DNA from: Nitrososphaeraceae archaeon
GTDB taxonomy: Archaea; Thermoproteota; Nitrososphaeria; Nitrososphaerales; Nitrososphaeraceae
Direction: 5' to 3'
Length of the DNA: 15,635 bases
NCBI GenBank assembly: GCA_035250975.1
Contig: DATFEP010000055.1
Coordinates: 1 to 15,635 of the forward strand
A model generated the notes under the pieces. It had not been told where the DNA came from, ran no database searches, and saw nothing but the letters and a program-made list of their open reading frames with translations. Below, piece after piece: positions 9,465 to 15,635 of the stretch (position 1 is its first letter; every line of letters starts with the position of its first letter). The translations under genes were made by a program, and so were the position numbers.

Positions 9465-9772
9465 ACAATTTTCGTAGTACTCTAATCCGATAATAGTCTA
9501 GAATTATCATTAATACTTCAAATTCTATTTTACATTTTTTTAGACAAGCATATCAATTATTTGATCTTCCTCCTAGTGTTGGTTAATCCTACCTTCTTTA
9601 ATTATTTTATCATGTTTAGTCAAATATTAGGCACAATTGAATTTACAGCCTTAGTTTTTATTTTGTATGACTCGTTATGAGAAACAATTATCTTACAAAT
9701 GCCTTCATATATATATAGAAAACCTGTATTATACTTGGAAATGGATATTTTCAATTAAGAACATACGAAAGG

Positions 9773-9797
9773 TTTGTGACACTTTTGTGACACTTTT
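9773..9797. repeat. Tandem 11-bp repeat TTTGTGACACT x2, inside a 12-bp direct repeat ATGCCTTCATAT (9699-9710 and 9800-9811)
   Basis: Exact repeats read directly from the sequence. Confidence 0.7.
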
Positions 9798-9944
9798 AGA
9801 TGCCTTCATATTGTAATTTAATACGGCTTTATTCATGTTTTACTGTTCGTTAAAAGATTCTATAAAAAATTTCTATTCCCGTATATAAAATATGCTAATA
9901 ATTAATATAACATAATAAATAAAAAAAAATAAAAGAAATTATGT

Positions 9945-10460
9945 TTATGGAAACGGGTTTGTGATATCGCCTAATACTGGTACTCTTTCTTGGTTGTTAA
10001 AGTTGAGATTGACACATATATTTACGAGGTTCCTGTCGACGTTTATACCTGAAAGTCCATCACCATTTTGTGTGTTTGCTGCGTTTGTTCCTTCCCCTGC
10101 TTCATTTGCTGCTGACCAGGTAGTAGGGTCTTGAGGTATCTGGGTAATATCTAGACCATTTAAGTTAAGGTTCTTGTTGATACATTTTATTTCTTGCAGA
10201 TTTACAATTTTTTTATCTTTTTTTGGTTCCGGATAATAGGTGTTATCATAGTTATCATATCCGTATCTGTTATTATCGTCGTATCCGCTCGTATCATAGT
10301 GGTCGCCGTATTGAAGGCCATGTGGATATGCACTGTCATAATCTGCGCCGTATGGTACAGCCTGTGCATTTGAAAGTGACGATGGGTTTAAAGCCAGTAG
10401 ACCTGCGGCTACTATCAGGGTGATAGAAGCCAGAACTATCTTTTCTGCTTGATTGGTCAT
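9945..10460 (-). CDS. Secreted hypothetical protein with Tyr/Asp-rich low-complexity segment and two-Cys C-terminal domain
   Basis: 171 aa; signal peptide (IVLASITLIVAAGLLAL...AQA), YD/YG-rich tract, then IKCINKNLNLNGLDI...NLVNICVNLN. Confidence 0.85.
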   Translation of the reverse strand: MTNQAEKIVLASITLIVAAGLLALNPSSLSNAQAVPYGADYDSAYPHGLQYGDHYDTSGYDDNNRYGYDNYDNTYYPEPKKDKKIVNLQEIKCINKNLNLNGLDITQIPQDPTTWSAANEAGEGTNAANTQNGDGLSGINVDRNLVNICVNLNFNNQERVPVLGDITNPFP

Positions 10461-10974
10461 TACATTGTTAAATACGAATTTAATATATCTATGGTTGGAA
10501 GGAACATCATCTAATCTTGTAATATTTAATGATTCTGAATTGTTTACAATAAGAAGATTAGCAACTGATCCTAGAGTACGATGTGAAATATTTGTAGAGA
10601 TAATAATATCATGAAAAGTAAAAATATCTTGCAGACTTAAAAAATGGTAAAATCATTCAAGTCGATCGATTAATTTGTAATGAGAATGATTTTTAATTAA
10701 CATTTTATTCCTTCAAATTCGTCCTATTAATTTTCATGATGGTATTTGGCGATAATGCTTATGTATACATGTTCTAGCGGCATAATGTCAAGGGTGCAAA
10801 GTTAGATAATCTTATCTGAACCTGTATTTTCATGTCTGATGCTATCGAAACTGGGATTTTTTTACCCATAAAATGATATAGATTTAAAGTAATTTAATTT
10901 TAATTCTTTACTTATTTCCTTGCGTGTTTTTAGGTAAGGCGAATACGTACACACATCACAAAAAAGACTAAAAG

Positions 10975-11150
10975 TTAACTCTATTTACTGTGGAGTGCAA
11001 TGGGAAGACACCACGAATTAAGCCATTTTCAAGCCATTCTACTGTATGCTAGGATAGGAGGATAGAGTAATTACGGTTACGTGACCGTAGACAAGGAGTT
11101 AAAGTTTAATTATTCGTGGTCTTATTATTGGCTTTCATGGTCTTGTCTAA
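10975..11150. ncRNA. Candidate structured non-coding RNA or element end with several crossing helices
   Basis: Complementary pairs ACCACGAAT 11010-18/11112-20, TAGACAAG 11088-95/11142-49, TACGGT 11072-77/11084-89, ACTCTAT 10978-84/11062-68, AAGCCA 11020-25 or 11031-36/11129-34; GC above the flanks; no convincing ORF. Confidence 0.35.
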
Positions 11151-11378
11151 GGCAACCAGAAGTAAGAATAAAAGCATAATAACCTTATCTATTATGTGAT
11201 ATATAGGTTAGCTAAATATGTTAGCAGTAATTAGCAGTGCAAGACAGCAGGATAAATTAAGAAATGTTACAATCAAATTTATAAAACATATTACTCTATA
11301 AAACATGGCCATCAGTTCATATTTTTCCATTATTATATTCATTAAGAAAATAAATAACAGATTATTAAAAATCGAAAC

Positions 11379-11398
11379 TTTATAGATATGCTTAAATC
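11379..11398 (+). promoter_or_regulatory. Possible archaeal TATA box for the cupredoxin gene
   Basis: TTTATAGA (11379-11386) and CTTAAAT (11392-11398) lie about 23-40 nt upstream of ATG 11421; the AT-rich background makes this weak. Confidence 0.3.
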
Positions 11399-11420
11399 CC
11401 ATATCCTGTGAGTAATTGGC

Positions 11421-12251
11421 ATGGCAACTAAATATATTATTTTGTTATTGCCAATAGTGCTGGCTCTATCAATACAAATATCAACTACGGAAATCTTTGC
11501 TCAACGTGGCAGTATGGCTACATTACAAAATATTGATGCTACTTATGCAGTGAGCATAGTTCCTGGTGCTGCTCAAAAAGAGAACATATATCATTACTAT
11601 CCTCCACAAATTGCCGTACCTACAGGTACTACCATAGGGTGGTTTAACAATGACTTTGGACAACCTCATACAGTAACCAGTGGACAACCAGGAGCTGCTG
11701 ATAAAGGTTCGGTCTTTAATTCAGGCATAATGCCAGCTACAGCTAATTCATTCTTTCAATTCACATTTACACAGCCTGGTGAATTCCTATATCATTGTAT
11801 TATTCATCCCTGGAGAGTGGCTTCAGTATCTGCAAACGATGCCTCATTTACTGATGCAAGTTTTGATATAGCTTTAGGTTCAGGTGCTATATGGGATATT
11901 TCGAGTAATCCACGCGTATTAATGGATATTAGTCCAAAGACAGTTCCATTAGACAGAAATACTCCAATTACTTACAATGTAACTATTAATGAACTTCAAA
12001 ATGATAATAAAACATTATTCTCTAAGCTGTTCACTACCTCGGGTGAGTCACTTCCACTAGAATTAGTTTCCGGTATCGGTAATGAAACCATTTCTTATGG
12101 ACCAGATTTTAGCAGTACTGGAGCTTATCATGTTCAATCAGATTTTAAAAAGGGTTCTTCTTATCCAATAAGTGTAGAAATAGTATCTGTCAACTATAAG
12201 CCAGTAGAAAATCCCGTAAAGGCTTCATTCACCTTGAATACTAGTTCTTAA
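11421..12251 (+). CDS. Secreted plastocyanin/azurin-like cupredoxin-domain protein with C-terminal beta domain
   Basis: Signal peptide; YYPPQIAVPTGTTIGWFNND..PHTVTSG..FNSG..FTFTQPGEFLYHCIIHPW; type-1 Cu ligands His, Cys, His present, axial position Arg. Confidence 0.92.
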   Translation: MATKYIILLLPIVLALSIQISTTEIFAQRGSMATLQNIDATYAVSIVPGAAQKENIYHYYPPQIAVPTGTTIGWFNNDFGQPHTVTSGQPGAADKGSVFNSGIMPATANSFFQFTFTQPGEFLYHCIIHPWRVASVSANDASFTDASFDIALGSGAIWDISSNPRVLMDISPKTVPLDRNTPITYNVTINELQNDNKTLFSKLFTTSGESLPLELVSGIGNETISYGPDFSSTGAYHVQSDFKKGSSYPISVEIVSVNYKPVENPVKASFTLNTSS

Positions 12252-12276
12252 ATTTTTTTCCATCTAATTTTTTCCC
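12252..12276 (+). terminator. Oligo-T tracts (archaeal-type terminator) after the cupredoxin gene
   Basis: ATTTTTTTCCATCTAATTTTTTCCC directly after the stop codon. Confidence 0.4.
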
Positions 12277-12413
12277 TGTATTGTCTCATGACATCTGTTA
12301 CACTCTTTTACTTGATAAAAAATAGAGTGTTACACTAGATGCAGTATAAACGAGACCTAGAAAAGATTAGAAGATGGTGTATAAGACGCGAACTAGAAAA
12401 CAAGATTTTGTAA
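12277..12413 (+). mobile_element. IS481-family left end with 24-aa transposase N-terminal stub
   Basis: TGTATTGTCTCATGACATCTGTTAC (12277-12301) is 20/25 identical to the end at 9044; internal TGTTACACT repeated; ORF 12339-12413 MQYKRDLEKIRRWCIRRELENKIL* resembles the basic start of archaeal IS481 transposases. Confidence 0.75.
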
Positions 12414-12531
12414 TTTCTGGGCCAAAATCTTGCTCCATTTGCGCCTCTAATACTATCTAACTCGAATCAAAATACATTAGTTATAGACAAATAGTTTTTG
12501 CTTCCAAATGGTCATATAACAGTTTAACGAC

Positions 12532-12613
12532 AGTAGGTGGGTCCGAGAAAACTACGGGCCCGTCGGGAGTAATACCGATAGCGGTGCAAAAATAAGAGTC
12601 TAATGTTGTAGTA
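12532..12613 (+). repeat. Modular repeat, module A fused to module C
   Basis: GGGTCCG-N9-CGGGCCC hairpin (12539-12561), CGTCGGG junction, then AGTAATACCGATAGCGGTGCAAAAATAAGAGTCTAATGTTGTAGTA. Confidence 0.88.
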
Positions 12614-12765
12614 TCATGGATATTATTTAAACTTAATAAAAATAATAACTTCTTTGAAAATAAAATGATGAGAAGTTAATTATTTACATGTATTTAGATT
12701 TTATTGATGAAAACTTTATTTTAGAAGTATGGAGGTATGTGAGTGGGTTAGAGATTTGAATGAGA

Positions 12766-12812
12766 GAATAATACCGATAATGGTGTAAAAATCAGAGTCT
12801 AATGTTTTAGTA
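12766..12812 (+). repeat. Modular repeat, module C copy 3
   Basis: GAATAATACCGATAATGGTGTAAAAATCAGAGTCTAATGTTTTAGTA, 199 bp downstream of the copy at 12567. Confidence 0.85.
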
Positions 12813-12890
12813 AAAGGAGATAATATTCAGATTTATGTTTCAGAATAGATTTAAAAAAATAAAATTGTTGGAATAAAAATTACATCATTG

Positions 12891-14645
12891 TTAAATTGTT
12901 ATAGGAGCATCTGTAAAGAATCTTCTAAAGTTAAATACTGTTTGTTCTGGTAAATAACTTTTTAATTCTTTGAGAATACTGATGGCAACTTCTTCTCCAA
13001 GTATTAATGAGACAGTATAATCACTTCTATAATGTACTCCAGCTCCATTTCTTCCAATCGCTACATTTGCTGCTAATTTGTTTAGTTCACCATGAATTTT
13101 TATTTGATCTTTATCATTTCCCTCATAATTTTTTAGTTCTTTGCCATTGTGATTTGCTTCCACTATAGGTCCAGGCATGTCTCCGTCTGCAAACCATGCT
13201 TTAAGAATAGTAACACATGCCCCTGCGACTGTTCCATGTCCAGCTCCATATGATGGATGTAAAGGCGAACCTTCTGGAAAAGCCTGTCCTAAGAAATATG
13301 TTTCCTTATTTTTATCTGGATTATCAGATTCTAAGTCTTTATTTAATTCCTTGTTTCGTTTTGCAACTTTTTCCAATACGGGAGAATTAAGAATAGATTG
13401 ATGAATAAATGGATACTTCGTTTTGTTACTTTTTATGTGATGATGAATTAAGCCTGCAAACGCTTCTGGTCTGAGACGTCTATGAACAAACCATTTTTGG
13501 AACCAAACTGCTTTTAATGCTCTTGTGGCAACTTCTGTCAACAAGGAAAGAATATGTGGACCCCCATAATTTCCAAATCCCTCTTGTTTTTGGAGAGTTT
13601 TATATGGAATACCCTCACTTATGCTAAACCTATTTGAATTATTCTCACCGCCACTATCATTCAACATATACAAACATGCTGTTAGATATGCTTGATATAA
13701 TGCATCGTAATGTACAAAGGTAGCTAAATCTCTTAAATTTCTTATAAAACACGGTTCATCATCAAAATATTTATTGTTATTGTCTGCTACTCTATCTGCA
13801 TAAGTATATAATCCATTTTGTACATTCAACCAACTTTGATTATCTGTCATAAAATCTAATCCTTTTTTAGCAACTACGTGTTTTTGATCTATACTTGTTG
13901 TACCATATTTTACGTGTCCGTGTTTTTCTTTTCTTTTTATAGGCTTATCTATATTTCCTCTCAACATAAATTGAGAAATGTAAGGACCAACATTATCTCC
14001 GACATTTATTCCCCTGAATAATGTTTTTGGTGAGAGTGCAATCCCTGTTTTCGTCCAACTTGTATTTAGTGTTTCTATTGTGAAATTGTATGCTCCAAAA
14101 TTATTTTTTAAGTCAGTTACAGCATCTTCTGCTGTATCTTCTTCATCATAATCTGTGAAATTAATGTCTCTCATTAGATACATCCAGTATAACTCAGCAA
14201 TTTCAGCAGCCCCATTTAATGAATCCATTCTCGGAGCAGGAAGCATAATACGATTAAAAGCATCCAATCCTTCAGAATCATAAGATAAACCACACACAGG
14301 ATTTACCAATTTTGCTTTCGGTTTGCCAGCAGCTACTCCACTTCCAATAGGAAGATTTTCAAAGAATGATAAACTATTCGAATAATTTGGAACATCGGCC
14401 AAGCTATCCTGTATGGCATTTAGAAATTGATCAAAATCGACTGGATTTAGCACTTCACCCATATTATTATGATTCAAACCTTTTGTAAAACTTGCAATTC
14501 CTTTTGGATGACCGGCAGCCTGATAGTCCATTTCTTCCTTATTATTATCATGTATTACTGCAGTATTTGGTAAAGATATATCGGCTACAGCATTTCTTCT
14601 ATTTTTTGGTTCTGGAATTCTATCATTTGGTAAAGGATTTACCAT
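12891..14645 (-). CDS. Vanadium-dependent haloperoxidase (red-algal/cyanobacterial bromoperoxidase-like, PAP2 superfamily)
   Basis: 584 aa with all three vanadate-binding motifs: QKWFVHRRLRPE, HPSYGAGHG, GRNGAGVHYRSD; plus VBPO-type segments FTKGL.HN..GEV, ELYW..L.RD..F, GPYISQF, IRNLRDLATFVH.DALYQAY. Confidence 0.95.
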   Translation of the reverse strand: MVNPLPNDRIPEPKNRRNAVADISLPNTAVIHDNNKEEMDYQAAGHPKGIASFTKGLNHNNMGEVLNPVDFDQFLNAIQDSLADVPNYSNSLSFFENLPIGSGVAAGKPKAKLVNPVCGLSYDSEGLDAFNRIMLPAPRMDSLNGAAEIAELYWMYLMRDINFTDYDEEDTAEDAVTDLKNNFGAYNFTIETLNTSWTKTGIALSPKTLFRGINVGDNVGPYISQFMLRGNIDKPIKRKEKHGHVKYGTTSIDQKHVVAKKGLDFMTDNQSWLNVQNGLYTYADRVADNNNKYFDDEPCFIRNLRDLATFVHYDALYQAYLTACLYMLNDSGGENNSNRFSISEGIPYKTLQKQEGFGNYGGPHILSLLTEVATRALKAVWFQKWFVHRRLRPEAFAGLIHHHIKSNKTKYPFIHQSILNSPVLEKVAKRNKELNKDLESDNPDKNKETYFLGQAFPEGSPLHPSYGAGHGTVAGACVTILKAWFADGDMPGPIVEANHNGKELKNYEGNDKDQIKIHGELNKLAANVAIGRNGAGVHYRSDYTVSLILGEEVAISILKELKSYLPEQTVFNFRRFFTDAPITI

Positions 14646-15286
14646 TATTTTTGCCTCCTATAATATTCTGAATATGTATATTATTCATAGGATAGCCATA
14701 TTAGAATAGAATTTAAATATATTGGTCAACATAGAAAAGGTTTTATATGTCATAATTAAGTATAACAAAAATAATTCGAAATTGAAATTAATAATTAAAC
14801 GTTATTGCTAATACTGATATATGTTTAAATACATAACCATGTTTTATAATTTATCATATATTGTCCTCTGGAATAATATGTTATTGAAATATCATCAATT
14901 TTCTATCTCTGTGATTTTGTATTCTAATAGTATTACCTAATAGCTTTAAAACTAATTCATAGCATAATTTGAATGATGGATAATTTTTTCGGCGCCGAAA
15001 AAATAAGAAATGGAATTTTTCATGGCATTATCAAATAAGATGGAAAGCAGATTCTACCAATCTTATTATCATTACTTCATTTTTCTTTACGTAATTATAT
15101 AGGTATATGGTATTTGTGTTATTTATGATATTTGGTAGTCAAAAATGAAAATATTTTTTCATCTCATTTCATATTGAATATCGATAATGATTTAACTCAT
15201 ATACAATGTATCGCGTATTGGTAGATATATTGAGCTTGTATTTATTGGAGTATTGACGGTATGGACTTTCTTTTCTTAGTACAAAT

Positions 15287-15391
15287 CTAACACCATCTAC
15301 ATGTCAGTCCAATGAAAGGCAATGTTGCAATTAGTGATGCTCCTACAATCATTCCTATGACGCACATGTTGAATTTTGTTAACTTGAACAT
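15287..15391 (-). pseudogene. 34-aa signal-peptide-like ORF, possibly a truncated secreted-protein gene
   Basis: Manual translation MFKLTKFNMCVIGMIVGASLIATLPFIGLTCRWC*: basic N-terminus plus hydrophobic core, then a stop. Confidence 0.3.
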
Positions 15392-15530
15392 ACTTCTATA
15401 TCCTCTTTAGAACAGAAAAAGATTTTCCACATCTGAAAATAGAATTGGCTGTAACGCAGATACATAATTCGGAACCTAGAAAAGAAGACCAATAGAGTTA
15501 TAAGGTACTATTTTTTGTAACTTATAATGA

Positions 15531-15635
15531 CAATGACATAGAACTTAAATCAATAAATTTTTAGGAATAAAATTAGAAATCATAGCTATTGAAAATCTGA
15601 TCGTCATAATAGTCAAATCTGGTATCCAAGTTAAT
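15531..15635 (+). repeat. ~100-bp direct repeat, copy 2 (runs off the window edge)
   Basis: About 90% identical to 4185-4286. Confidence 0.95.

Noticed and set aside
9465-9540. NDNSRL as the missing first-Asp region of the IS481 transposase
   Set aside because: Flanked by stops with no surrounding similarity; not supportable by eye.
10223-10423. 66-aa plus-strand ORF
   Set aside because: Antisense shadow of the Tyr/Asp-rich tract in 9945-10460.
11208-11402. 64-aa hydrophobic minus-strand ORF
   Set aside because: Composition expected from AT-rich DNA; overlaps the cupredoxin promoter region.
12552-12567. Reverse complement CCCGACGGGCCCGTA resembles a tRNA 3' end (T-stem half plus acceptor), i.e. 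a possible att site
   Set aside because: No T-loop (TTCRAAT) or remaining cloverleaf adjoins either copy; too short to call a tRNA, though a match to a host tRNA is worth a quick check.
12567-12812. Module C copies as a CRISPR array
   Set aside because: Only two nearby copies, about 150 bp apart, degenerate, with no cas genes.
13177-13401. 74-aa plus-strand ORF
   Set aside because: Antisense to the haloperoxidase active-site region.
4576-14645. VOC, hydrolase, cupredoxin and VHPO as a halogenated-metabolite gene cluster
   Set aside because: Genes are widely spaced, on mixed strands and interrupted by mobile debris, the hydrolase is broken, and no scaffold-building enzyme is present.

Overview
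Very AT-rich, gene-sparse accessory region; the credible CDSs cover roughly 57% of the window. Gene style suggests a soil ammonia-oxidising archaeon of the Nitrososphaeraceae (inference from protein family resemblance, not verified by search). Intact genes encode several secreted or membrane-anchored hypotheticals, a two-repeat helical protein, a DMFase-beta-like protein, a VOC/glyoxalase, a DUF2254 membrane protein, a cupredoxin with Arg in place of the axial Met, and a full-length vanadium-dependent haloperoxidase. Reading between the ORF-track genes adds a 43-aa CxxC...HxC protein (8805-8936), an alpha/beta-hydrolase pseudogene (7932-8264), and both ends of an IS481-family element in a split or inverted arrangement (9044 and 12277). 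It also shows a ~100-bp direct duplication (4185 and 15531), a modular hairpin repeat family whose modules swap partners at a (CG)TCGGG junction, and two candidate structured non-coding segments (5246-5300 and 10975-11150). No CRISPR array, rRNA or complete tRNA was seen.
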